In this document: positions 1 to 8,692 of the stretch, piece by piece
Layout of the letters: the number at the start of each line of letters is the position of its first letter
Numbering within the stretch: the first letter of the stretch is position 1
Assembly: GCA_900299405.1 (NCBI GenBank)
Contig: OMJP01000011.1
Coordinates: 1 to 43,542, forward strand
DNA: 43,542 nucleotides
Direction of reading: 5' to 3'
DNA from: a bacterium
Lineage (GTDB): Bacteria; Patescibacteriota; Microgenomatia; UBA1400; PJMF01
The notes under the pieces: generated by a model
The model's database searches: none
What the model was told of the DNA's origin: nothing
The model's input: the letters and a program-made list of their open reading frames with translations, nothing else
Made by a program: the position numbers and the translations under genes

Positions 1-1
1 C

Positions 2-85
2 CCTCGTCCTCGTGAAGATCGACGTGGTGGATACGGTGGTGGTCGCAATGACCGCAACGATCGCCGTGGCGGTTATGACAATTAA
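2..85 (+). CDS. 3' end of an upstream CDS (5' part outside the window) ending in an Arg/Gly-rich tail
   Basis: Own translation of frame 2 gives PRPREDRRGGYGGGRNDRNDRRGGYDN, then TAA at 83-85. RGG/YGG tails are typical of RNA-binding proteins and DEAD-box helicase C-termini. Identity cannot be fixed from 27 codons. Confidence 0.35.
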   Translation, partial: PRPREDRRGGYGGGRNDRNDRRGGYDN

Positions 86-162
86 TTCAAGTAATTAATT
101 TCACAACGAAAATCTAAGGGATGGCACAGCAATGGCCATCCCTTATCATTTATAATTACCCC

Positions 163-789
163 ATGACAATCACACAAGCAATCGACTGGCGCTATGGAGC
201 TAAAAAACTTGATCCTACCAAGAAAATTCCTGAGGAAAAAATCAAGATAATTTTAGAAGCAGCTCGGAAGGCTCCTTCGTCTAATAACTTTCAGCCTTGG
301 AAAATTATTGTGGTGGAAGATCGAGAATTGTTGGTAGAGCTACAACCAGCAGCTAATAATCAAGAAAAAGTTGGCCAAGCATCTCACTTGATTGTTTTGG
401 CATCTTTGAAAAAACTTGATCAAGAATATATTGACTACTTGGTAAAAATTACCGCTGAGAAGCGAAACTTACCGCTTGAGTCCTTGGAAGGCTACCGTAA
501 TAGTCTGAGTCGCTCACTAAATAAAACTCCCGAAGCTTGGGCAGCTTGGGCGAAACAGCAGACTTTCATATCTTTAGGATTTTTGTTGCTCGCTGCAGCG
601 GCAGAAGAAGTTGATGCTGGTCCAATGGGTGGCTTTAAGCCCGCAGAAGTTGATCGGATTCTTGGTCTAGACAAGACCAACTACGGCTCGGCAGTGTTGG
701 TTGCTTTGGGTTATCGTGACGAAGCTGACAAATATGCTAAATTACCAAAAGTTCGTTGGTCTGCTGATGAAGTAATTGATCGGCGCTAA
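163..789 (+). CDS. NAD(P)H nitroreductase family protein
   Basis: ORF 121-789 carries the nitroreductase signature RKAPSSNNFQPWKIIVV. Start placed at ATG 163 (MTITQAIDWRYG) because family N-termini begin there and TATAAT (151-156) lies 6 nt upstream. ATG 121 is the alternative. Confidence 0.85.
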   Translation: MTITQAIDWRYGAKKLDPTKKIPEEKIKIILEAARKAPSSNNFQPWKIIVVEDRELLVELQPAANNQEKVGQASHLIVLASLKKLDQEYIDYLVKITAEKRNLPLESLEGYRNSLSRSLNKTPEAWAAWAKQQTFISLGFLLLAAAAEEVDAGPMGGFKPAEVDRILGLDKTNYGSAVLVALGYRDEADKYAKLPKVRWSADEVIDRR

Positions 790-798
790 GCAACTTAA

Positions 799-1422
799 CT
801 AATCAACAACCCCCACACTATTGATCACTTTTTGCTCGAAATCATCGATGGTGCTGTCTCCATTGTCGTAGACAAAAATCACCAAAATATCATCATCGAC
901 TTTGCGGAAAAACTCTTCTCCCACTTCATCACGGCGAATAAAAAACATCTCGTCATTGATTTTGTTGTAGGCCAGGTTTTGCTGATCAATGTCGCTGGAA
1001 ACAGCGGTGGTATCTAGGTAGGTTTCGAGGCTTTGTTCGACTCCTCGTTTTTCGATGCCGACCACAAAAGCGTACTCCCCAGGACTAGGGAAAGCAAAAC
1101 CCTGCCCATTGGAGGCAATAAAATGTTTTTCGACTGTCAGATCCGGACTGCTGAAATGATCCTCGATGATATTATTCCACTCTCGGGGGACCTTGACATA
1201 CACATTGCCAATCTGCTTGATTTCCAGATCCTGCTCGTCGTAGATTCTAGTTCTGGTTTTGGCTGCCAGCAAATCGAGATTGTTTTCCAGCTGGGTGAGC
1301 TGAGTTTTTAGAGAAATTACCTGCCCCATCACCAGGGCCAATAATCCCAGCCAAATCAAGTTAAGAAAATCCTGACGCTTCAAAGAAAGTCTGCTATAGA
1401 AAGCAGCGATAAGATTTTTCAT
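799..1422 (-). CDS. hypothetical membrane-anchored protein
   Basis: 207-aa ORF with an N-terminal hydrophobic helix (LNLIWLGLLALVMGQVI), then a coiled-coil-like segment and an acidic domain. No family recognised. Confidence 0.6.
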   Translation of the reverse strand: MKNLIAAFYSRLSLKRQDFLNLIWLGLLALVMGQVISLKTQLTQLENNLDLLAAKTRTRIYDEQDLEIKQIGNVYVKVPREWNNIIEDHFSSPDLTVEKHFIASNGQGFAFPSPGEYAFVVGIEKRGVEQSLETYLDTTAVSSDIDQQNLAYNKINDEMFFIRRDEVGEEFFRKVDDDILVIFVYDNGDSTIDDFEQKVINSVGVVD

Positions 1423-1425
1423 TCT

Positions 1426-1438
1426 CAGTGTATACTAC
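1426..1438. promoter_or_regulatory. shared palindromic -10 element (cagTGTATACTAc) in a 21-bp divergent intergenic region
   Basis: Plus strand reads TATACT (1431-1436), 7 nt before dnaG ATG 1444. Minus strand reads TAGTAT/TATACA, 6-9 nt before ATG 1422. No room for leaders or SD sequences. Confidence 0.35.
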
Positions 1439-1443
1439 AGCCA

Positions 1444-3246
1444 ATGTCCCAGGTACAGCAAGTCAAAGACGCCACCGATATTGTGCAGGTTGTAGGCGAA
1501 AGAGTAAAACTACAGCGTTCTGGGTCTAGTTACAAAGGCCTTTGTCCTTTTCACAGTGAAAAAAGCCCTTCGTTTTTTGTCAGCGATCAGCTGCAGCGCT
1601 ATCGCTGTTTTGGTTGTGGTGAGACCGGTGACGTGCTTGATTTTCTCCAGAAATACGACGGCATGACCTTTGCTGAAAGCCTCGAGTATTTGGCTGATCG
1701 GGCAGGAATCAAACTCAAACAAGTCAAGCGCACCGCCGAGGATGATCTACGTGATGAGCTGTTGGCGATCCTGAGTTTAGCCAAAGAGTACTATCATTAC
1801 CTGCTGACCGAGCACAAAGTCGGCGCCAAGGCTCGCGAATATCTCAAAGATCGCAAAATTTCCTCAGATTCCATCGAGTTGTTTCAGCTAGGCTATGCTC
1901 AGGATAGTTGGGACGGTTTGCTGAAATATTTGCGCGACAAGAAAAAATATGAGCTACAGAAAATCGAACAGGCGGGCTTGATCATTCGTGGTAGGGGTGG
2001 GCGTTATTACGATCGCTTTCGTGGTAGGGTAATTTTTCCTCTCAAAGATCACCGCGGACGAGTGGTGGGTTTTTCTGGACGCTTACTCGATAAAAATGCC
2101 AAAGAAGCCAAATACATCAACTCTCCCGAGACCTTGCTTTATCACAAATCCCAGATGTTGTTCGGCTACAAAGAACTCTTTGCCGAGCTGAAAAAAGCCG
2201 AAAGTGCGATCGTGGTCGAAGGCGAGTTCGACGTTGTGTCCTCATCCCAAGCTCATGTGAACAATATTGTAGCGATCAAAGGTTCGGCTTTAACCAAGGA
2301 GCAGGTTAAACTGCTGGGTAGAATCGTCAAGAAAGTCATTCTCTGTCTGGATGCCGACGAGGCTGGTGCAGAAGCCACCAGAAGGGCTATCGAGGTGGTC
2401 GGCGATGCCGATATCGAGCTGCGAGTGATTGACCTGTCGTCCTTGGAAGATGGCGGCAAAGATGTCGATGAAATTGCCCGCCATGAGCCCAAAACTTGGC
2501 GAGAACTATCGAATAAAACCCTTTCGGTCTATGAATTTTTACTGCGGCTGAGCTATCGCCATCACGACCCAGCCACTCCAGAGGGAAAGCGCGAGATTAT
2601 CAAGGAAGTTGGGCCGGTGTTGGCCAGCATTCCCCATGCAGTTGAGCGGGATTTTTATGTCAAAAAACTGGCAGAAAAACTTCAGGTGCAGACCGGAATG
2701 GTGTTGCAAGATATTCGTCGAGTTACCCAGCCCAAGACCACCCAGCGGACCAAGCAACCAGCCAGGGAGGAAAGTGAAGAAGTTACTAAAACATCCTCGA
2801 GAAAGAGCAAATTAGAGCGTTACGCGCTGTTTTTATTACTACAACTGCCAGAATTTAGCCAACGCCTGGCAGAACTAGAGGAAATCAGTCTCGAAACTAG
2901 TGGTTTTGAGCAGCTTTTGAAGCATTTTTCCCAGAAAAAAATCACCGGCAAGCCAGATATCCGCTCCTTGGCTGCTGGTCTGGCAGAAGACCTCAAAGAC
3001 TTGTTGTTCGAGGTAATGTATGACCAAGACCTCCTCGAGCTCAAAGACACTATCAAGCCAGAGAAAGAGTGGCAGCAAACTCTCACTTCCCTCAAGAAAG
3101 AGTCGATCAGGGAGAAAATCTCGCAGCTACAGCAAGAAATCGCTCAACTCGAGAAAAAAGCCGAATTAACCGACGAGGAAGATAAACAGTTGGCACAACT
3201 TCTGCGCCAGGTAGTAGAGCTTCAACACCGGCTGAAAAGCCACTAG
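1444..3246 (+). CDS. dnaG: DNA primase
   Basis: 600-aa ORF with a CHC2 zinc finger (CPFHSEKSPSFFVS...CFGCGETGD), primase core, and Toprim motifs (VVEGEFDV, CLDADEAG). Confidence 0.95.
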   Translation: MSQVQQVKDATDIVQVVGERVKLQRSGSSYKGLCPFHSEKSPSFFVSDQLQRYRCFGCGETGDVLDFLQKYDGMTFAESLEYLADRAGIKLKQVKRTAEDDLRDELLAILSLAKEYYHYLLTEHKVGAKAREYLKDRKISSDSIELFQLGYAQDSWDGLLKYLRDKKKYELQKIEQAGLIIRGRGGRYYDRFRGRVIFPLKDHRGRVVGFSGRLLDKNAKEAKYINSPETLLYHKSQMLFGYKELFAELKKAESAIVVEGEFDVVSSSQAHVNNIVAIKGSALTKEQVKLLGRIVKKVILCLDADEAGAEATRRAIEVVGDADIELRVIDLSSLEDGGKDVDEIARHEPKTWRELSNKTLSVYEFLLRLSYRHHDPATPEGKREIIKEVGPVLASIPHAVERDFYVKKLAEKLQVQTGMVLQDIRRVTQPKTTQRTKQPAREESEEVTKTSSRKSKLERYALFLLLQLPEFSQRLAELEEISLETSGFEQLLKHFSQKKITGKPDIRSLAAGLAEDLKDLLFEVMYDQDLLELKDTIKPEKEWQQTLTSLKKESIREKISQLQQEIAQLEKKAELTDEEDKQLAQLLRQVVELQHRLKSH

Positions 3247-3336
3247 TAAGCGATCTCACCCAGTTTTTGTGAACTAGCATATACTTTTTTGAGCCAAATT
3301 TTGTATACTGAGGACAGTAATAGGAAAGGAGTTTTT

Positions 3337-3693
3337 ATGGCAGCTGATGACAAACAAGGAGCCATTCACCTCACCGGAGATGATTTTCATAGCACTTTGG
3401 ATACCGAAGAGCGCTTAGTAATGGTTGATTTTTATGCCGACTGGTGCGGTCCCTGTATCGCGGCAGCTCCAGTGATTGATAAATTGGCAGAGGAATATCA
3501 GGACAAAATGCTGATCACCAAGCTGAATGTCGACGAGCATCCTCAGATCGCCCAAGAATACGGCGTGATGAGTATTCCCACCGTGCTGATCTTCAAAAAA
3601 GAAGGTGAAAAAGCAGCAGTGGTCAACAAACAAGTTGGTTATCCAGGAGAAGCTGGTTATCGTAATTTGATCGATCAATCTTTGGAGAGTTAA
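3337..3693 (+). CDS. trxA: thioredoxin
   Basis: WCGPC active site. Start at ATG 3337, preceded by GGAAAGGAG with a 7-nt spacer. The ORF-track start 3289 is a TTG extension. Confidence 0.9.
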   Translation: MAADDKQGAIHLTGDDFHSTLDTEERLVMVDFYADWCGPCIAAAPVIDKLAEEYQDKMLITKLNVDEHPQIAQEYGVMSIPTVLIFKKEGEKAAVVNKQVGYPGEAGYRNLIDQSLES

Positions 3694-3700
3694 ATCTTTT

Positions 3701-4765
3701 ATGGATACTGCGCAATTGGCGATTATTGGTTCTGGTCCAGCCGGTTATACGGCAGCGATCTATGCGTCTCGTGCTCGTCTGGAGCCAGTGCTGTTTACCG
3801 GCGTCGAGAGTGGCGGCCAGCTGATGTACACCACTGATGTCGAGAACTATCCCGGCTTCCCTGAGGGAATCATGGGTCCCAAATTCATGATGGATCTGAG
3901 GGCTCAAGCAGATAAGTTTGGCACCAACATTCAGGATCAGCATGTTACGGCAGTTGATTTCAGTCAGCGACCCTTCAAACTCTGGACAGGTTTGCCAGAA
4001 GGCGTTTCCCCAGAAATTTTCAAAAAAGATTCCCGTGAGGAAATTCAGGCAGTGATCGAGCAGGTCAAACAGCTTGAGCCCAGCTACCAGGCCAATGCAG
4101 TGATTATTGCCACAGGTGCTACTGCAGTGACGCTCAAGGTTCCCGGAGAGGAGCAACTAATGGGTAAAGGAGTCAGCACATGCGCAGTTTGTGACGCGGC
4201 ATTTTTCAGAGAGAAAACCGTGTTTGTGGTCGGTGGTGGCGACAGCGCCATGGAAGATGCTTTGGCGCTGACTAAGTTCGCCAGCAGTGTGACGATTATT
4301 CATCGCCGAGACGAATTTTCTGCCAGCAAGATCATGGCCGAAAGAGTTCTAAACAACGATAAGATCAAGGTTTTATGGAACACTACTTTGCAGGAAGTTC
4401 ACGGCGCTGACAGTGTGGAGCAGATTACGGTGAGCGAAAATGGCGAGACCAAGCAGTATGAGGCTCAGGGCTTGTTTTATGCTATCGGCCATCGGCCGGT
4501 AACAGATTTATTTACCGGACAGCTGCTGATGGATGACCATAATTATCTGATCAATGCTCGCAGCTTGAGCAAACAAGGTATTGAAGAGGCCAGACAGCGT
4601 CTGACCGATAAAAATCTGGTCAATTACCCCACCATGACCTCTGTCGAGGGAGTGTTTGCCGCTGGCGATGTAGTTGATATTCGTTTCCGCCAGGCAGTGA
4701 CAGCGGCTGGTATGGGTTGTGAGGCGGCTCTCGATGCCGAAAGATGGTTGGTAGAACAGTCTTAG
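3701..4765 (+). CDS. trxB: thioredoxin-disulfide reductase (with two lineage-specific insertions)
   Basis: GSGPAGYTAA FAD motif, CAVC redox centre, GGGDSAMEDA NADPH motif, GVFAAGDV. 354 aa, against about 310-320 for typical TrxB. Confidence 0.9.
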   Translation: MDTAQLAIIGSGPAGYTAAIYASRARLEPVLFTGVESGGQLMYTTDVENYPGFPEGIMGPKFMMDLRAQADKFGTNIQDQHVTAVDFSQRPFKLWTGLPEGVSPEIFKKDSREEIQAVIEQVKQLEPSYQANAVIIATGATAVTLKVPGEEQLMGKGVSTCAVCDAAFFREKTVFVVGGGDSAMEDALALTKFASSVTIIHRRDEFSASKIMAERVLNNDKIKVLWNTTLQEVHGADSVEQITVSENGETKQYEAQGLFYAIGHRPVTDLFTGQLLMDDHNYLINARSLSKQGIEEARQRLTDKNLVNYPTMTSVEGVFAAGDVVDIRFRQAVTAAGMGCEAALDAERWLVEQS

Positions 4766-4790
4766 TAATAAAAAAACCAGAAAGGGTTTT

Positions 4791-6071
4791 ATGAGTAGTA
4801 ATCCCCACCAAAACGCCGTTACCCAGTTGGAGCAAGTGGCTTCGCTACTGAGTGACAGTTATCAAGATCGTCAGGCAGAATTTGAAGCGGCGATCGACAA
4901 ACTCAAAGAGCCCGATCAAGTTTTCGAGACCGAGCTGTCGGTCAAAATGGACGACGGCAAAACCAAAAAATTCCAGGCTTTCCGCTCAGAGCACAATAAT
5001 GCTCGTGGTCCCTACAAAGGAGGGATTCGCTTTCATCATGATGTCAATCGCGATGAGGTCAAAGCTCTCTCGACTTGGATGACCTGGAAATGCGCCGTGA
5101 CTGGCATTCCTTATGGCGGCGGTAAAGGTGGAGTGGTAGTCAATCCTCGCGAATTATCTGTAGGTGAATTAGAGCGCCTCAGTCGTGCTTACTCTCGCTG
5201 GCTGAGTGACAAGATCGGTCCTTGGGTCGATGTACCTGCTCCCGACGTGAACACCACGGGGCAGATCATGGCTTGGATGGTCGATGAGTACCAACAGGCT
5301 TTGGCAGAAAAAGGCTTGATCCAGGAAAATCCCTGGGGAACCTTCACTGGCAAACCACTCGAGTTGGGGGGCTCAGAGGGTCGAGAAGAAGCTACTGGTT
5401 TGGGTGGAGTGTTTGTTTTGGATAAGTTAGTAGTCGAGTTGGGCTTGAAGCCGAAGCAAACCACGATTGCTATTCAGGGTTTTGGCAATGTCGGCTACTG
5501 GTTCGCTAAACATGCTGCTGATCGTGGCTATCAAGTAGTGACGGTTTCTGATTCTAAAGGCGGTACTTATGTAGAGGGGGGCATGAATCCTGAAAAAGCT
5601 CTCGCTCATAAGCGTAAAACTGGCACGGTCTCTGATTTTGGTAAAAAGATCAGCAACGAAGAACTGCTCGAGCTGGAAGTCGATATCTTGGTGCCGGCAG
5701 CTTTGGAAAACGTCATTCATGAAGGCAATGCCGCCAACATCAAGGCCAAAGCTATCATCGAGATGGGCAATGGCCCAGTTACTCCGGAAGCCGACCCGAT
5801 CCTGACCAAAAACGGGGTGGTAATTATTCCTGACATCTTGGCCAATGCTGGCGGAGTAACGGTCTCTTACTTTGAGTGGGTGCAAAACCTGCAAGGTTAT
5901 TACTGGACTCATGAGGAAGTGATCAGCAAACTTCAACCGCTGATGGAAAAAGCTTTTGCCGAGATGTGGGTTACGAAAAAAGAACACCAGGTAGACGGAC
6001 GCATGGCGACTTACATGACTGCTGTTAAAAGAGTGGTCGATGTAATGCTGCTGCGAGGCAACCTCAGCTAA
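4791..6071 (+). CDS. gdhA: NAD(P)-dependent glutamate dehydrogenase
   Basis: KGGIRFH, GIPYGGGKGG and GFGNVG motifs; 426 aa. Confidence 0.93.
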   Translation: MSSNPHQNAVTQLEQVASLLSDSYQDRQAEFEAAIDKLKEPDQVFETELSVKMDDGKTKKFQAFRSEHNNARGPYKGGIRFHHDVNRDEVKALSTWMTWKCAVTGIPYGGGKGGVVVNPRELSVGELERLSRAYSRWLSDKIGPWVDVPAPDVNTTGQIMAWMVDEYQQALAEKGLIQENPWGTFTGKPLELGGSEGREEATGLGGVFVLDKLVVELGLKPKQTTIAIQGFGNVGYWFAKHAADRGYQVVTVSDSKGGTYVEGGMNPEKALAHKRKTGTVSDFGKKISNEELLELEVDILVPAALENVIHEGNAANIKAKAIIEMGNGPVTPEADPILTKNGVVIIPDILANAGGVTVSYFEWVQNLQGYYWTHEEVISKLQPLMEKAFAEMWVTKKEHQVDGRMATYMTAVKRVVDVMLLRGNLS

Positions 6072-6949
6072 AACTCGATTTCTTGGAGAAATTTCTGCAA
6101 TTCTTGATGTAACTCAGGGTTATCTTTGGCCATCGTCAAGTTAGCCTTCAGCCATCCCAAAGGATACCCACAATCCAGATAAGTGCCTGATGGGGTATAA
6201 ACCGCTACTGGCTGCTGTTGGGCTAACTCAGTGACGGTGTCGGTGATGTAGAGCTCGTTGGATTGGGGGTTGGGTTGCTGATTGGCAATGATCTCAAACA
6301 CCTCGGGAGTTAAGATGTATTTGCTGATGTTGGCCAGATTACTGGGCGCAGTGCCTGGTTTGGGTTTTTCTACCAATTGATCCAAACAAAGCTGGCCATT
6401 TTCTTCTTTAGTTTTTGCCACACCATACATATGTAGTTTTTCCTCAGGTTGCTCCACAAAAGTCGCCAAAGCTTTGGCGCCGGTTTTCTCTAGGTGAGCG
6501 ATCATCCGTTTAACCTCAGAAGAGCCATCAGCATTGTAGGGAATATCGTCACCCATCAAGACCACGAAAGCCTCTTCGCCAGCCAGGTGTTCTTGGGCCA
6601 ACTTAACCGGAGTGGAGGTACCGTACTGATCCTGATCGGTTTGGTAAACGAAATGAAACTTTGCTTTTTGGTGGATGTTTTTGATTGATTCGTAAAGGGG
6701 CAGCTTGCCGACATCTTGAAGGTATTTCTCCAACCGAGTGTTTTCTCGAAAATAGTGCAATGCTTGTTTATTGTGCTCGGTAATGACGAAAATGATCTCG
6801 CTAATGCCGGCCTTGACCAGATCATCGACTAGATAATCGACCACCGGCCGATCGATGACGGGCAGCATCTCTTTCTGGATGGTTTTGGTAATCGGTAAAA
6901 ATCGAGTGCCGAAGCCTGCGGAGGCGATGACTGCTTTATTGATTTGCAT
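6068..6949 (-). CDS. galU: UTP--glucose-1-phosphate uridylyltransferase
   Basis: N-terminal AVIASAGFGTRFLPITKTIQKEMLPV and a VEKP motif; 293 aa. Confidence 0.9.
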   Translation of the reverse strand: MQINKAVIASAGFGTRFLPITKTIQKEMLPVIDRPVVDYLVDDLVKAGISEIIFVITEHNKQALHYFRENTRLEKYLQDVGKLPLYESIKNIHQKAKFHFVYQTDQDQYGTSTPVKLAQEHLAGEEAFVVLMGDDIPYNADGSSEVKRMIAHLEKTGAKALATFVEQPEEKLHMYGVAKTKEENGQLCLDQLVEKPKPGTAPSNLANISKYILTPEVFEIIANQQPNPQSNELYITDTVTELAQQQPVAVYTPSGTYLDCGYPLGWLKANLTMAKDNPELHQELQKFLQEIEF

Positions 6950-6999
6950 GATAATAAGATTGTAGGCAAAGTTTTCCAGGCTGTCCAGAGAAAGCGGTG

Positions 7000-7662
7000 T
7001 TACTTATCCTGTTTGAGCCACCTCACACCCCAGTAGGCGAAAGGAGTTTCGATTACTGAAGCCAGACATTTTAGTCCCCAGTAGGGCAAGATCAGGCCGA
7101 TCAAGAAAGAAAAGTTCTCTCCAAAGGGTGTTTGAAAGTCATAAAAAGCCAAACTCATAAACAGCACCGTGTCCAAAAACATCGCTAAAAAATTCGACAA
7201 GTTGGTTCTCAGCCATAGGGCTTTTTTGCCTAGTTTTTCTCTGATCTTGGAAAAGATGGCTACATCAGCAAATTCTGCGACAATGAACGCCACCAAACTG
7301 GCCGCAGAAATTCTGGCAGAGATGAAGAAAATCGTGTCGTAGGCAGCCTCGTTGGCCGCAAAGCGGGTGGAAGGTGGCAAAGCAGTGAAGCCCAAAGCTA
7401 CGACGATCAGCAAGAAAATAATTACCAAACTTGATCTAATCAAACTGCGCGCCCGTTCGCGACCATAGACCTCGGTAATGATGTCATTGATGGTGAAGAT
7501 CAGGGGAAAGACAAAAATTGCTACACTGGCATTGAGTTGAAAGCCAAAAATATTTACTAGAGGAAAAGTTTTACCACCCATCAGCTCTGCGACCGCGATA
7601 CAAAAAATGTACAACGCTACCAGAAAATCCATTTTGTTCATCTTGACTGCTTTGTTTGTCAC
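7000..7662 (-). CDS. queuosine-precursor transporter, VUT/YhhQ (DUF165) family
   Basis: 220-aa polytopic membrane ORF with the DUF165-like block FTINDIITEVYGRERAR. GTG start at 7662; ATG alternatives at 7641 and 7632. Confidence 0.7.
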   Translation of the reverse strand: MTNKAVKMNKMDFLVALYIFCIAVAELMGGKTFPLVNIFGFQLNASVAIFVFPLIFTINDIITEVYGRERARSLIRSSLVIIFLLIVVALGFTALPPSTRFAANEAAYDTIFFISARISAASLVAFIVAEFADVAIFSKIREKLGKKALWLRTNLSNFLAMFLDTVLFMSLAFYDFQTPFGENFSFLIGLILPYWGLKCLASVIETPFAYWGVRWLKQDK

Positions 7663-7679
7663 GGGAACTTTCTAGGAAC

Positions 7680-8633
7680 CTAACCGTAAATTACTACAAA
7701 GGCTACTAAACCAAATAATAGCACTGCTGACAAGAGCATTTTGTCGTTCAGCAGCACTCTTTCTGGAGATTCGCCCTTATTTTCCTCATAAACCAGCTGC
7801 AGATAGCGCATTACCCCGAAGATCACGAAAGGCAAGCTCAGCATCAGTAGTTTTTGCGAATGCAGCGTTCTGGGCAAACTCAAGTAAAGCTCGGGAAATC
7901 TTTCTGACAGAGGCTCGACCATGCCGGTTTCGTGTTGGAAAGAAAACAAAGCGTAGGTGAGCCAGGTGGCGTTGGCGAACATACCAGTGTACTGATCCAG
8001 CAGCCGCTGGGAGTAGTTTTTCAAGGTTCTCCTGGCAAAATCTACCTGCTTGTCTTTGAGTAGCGTGCGCTCACTTTGCCGCTTACCAACGGCCAGGAAG
8101 AGTGAAGCCGATACCACCGTCAGTAAAAACCACACACTCATGTGCAGATCGACGATCACCGCTCCAGCATAAATTCTGATCAAGAAACCCAAGGCAATCG
8201 AGATGACATCAAAAATCGCGACTTTTTTAATTTGGGTAGCATAAACTACCTGCAGGAACAGGTAGGCCAGCAGCAGCAGACGGAAAAAGAGCGGCAAAGA
8301 CAGCGACAGGTAAAAAACCGTAGCGATGCCGGCAATGGCAAAAAAAGCAGCGATGGGAATCGGTAACTCACCAGAGGCAATCGGTCTTTTTTTCTTGAAG
8401 GGATGAGCGGCGTCTTCTTTGGCGTCAAAAATATCATTAATAAGATACACACTAGAGGTTAAAATCGAGAAAATCGCGACGGCGTAAGTAACTAGCCAGA
8501 AGTAAGAAGGTCCATCTACTGGTTGGTAAAACAAAAATCCGGAAAAGAATAACGGAGCGTAAAGCGCCAAGTTTTTGAGCCATTGTCTTGGGCGGACGGA
8601 TTTAAACAGCAAGAACAAAGTTTGCCAAGTCAT
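7680..8633 (-). CDS. UbiA-family decaprenyl-phosphate 5-phosphoribosyltransferase (DPPR synthase)-like prenyl-phosphate glycosyltransferase
   Basis: RPRQWLKN, VYLINDIFDAKEDAAHPFKKKRPIASG, LIRIYAGA, AVGKRQSE and a C-terminal RYLQLVYEENKGESPE. These align block by block with my memory of M. tuberculosis Rv3806c (RPRQWVKN, VYLVNDVRDVEADREHPTKRFRPIAAG). Confidence 0.75.
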   Translation of the reverse strand: MTWQTLFLLFKSVRPRQWLKNLALYAPLFFSGFLFYQPVDGPSYFWLVTYAVAIFSILTSSVYLINDIFDAKEDAAHPFKKKRPIASGELPIPIAAFFAIAGIATVFYLSLSLPLFFRLLLLAYLFLQVVYATQIKKVAIFDVISIALGFLIRIYAGAVIVDLHMSVWFLLTVVSASLFLAVGKRQSERTLLKDKQVDFARRTLKNYSQRLLDQYTGMFANATWLTYALFSFQHETGMVEPLSERFPELYLSLPRTLHSQKLLMLSLPFVIFGVMRYLQLVYEENKGESPERVLLNDKMLLSAVLLFGLVAFVVIYG

Positions 8634-8692
8634 TTATCTTGATTTGTAAAGCAAAATTGCCCGCCGAACAAGAGTGAGTTTTATCAAAATAA

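Noticed and set aside
3623-4156. 177-aa minus-strand ORF
   Set aside because: It lies entirely antisense to trxA/trxB, whose motifs are unambiguous. Composition is low-complexity and shadow-frame in type, with no SD or family signal.
5427-5987. 186-aa minus-strand ORF
   Set aside because: It is an antisense shadow ORF inside gdhA. The same reasoning applies to 5189-5464.
7663-7700. preQ1 riboswitch upstream of the YhhQ-type transporter gene (GGUUCCUAG resembles the B. subtilis preQ1-I loop)
   Set aside because: The gap is only 17 nt. The GGAAC elements are direct rather than inverted repeats, so no P1 stem forms. There is also no A-rich tail with a pseudoknot partner.
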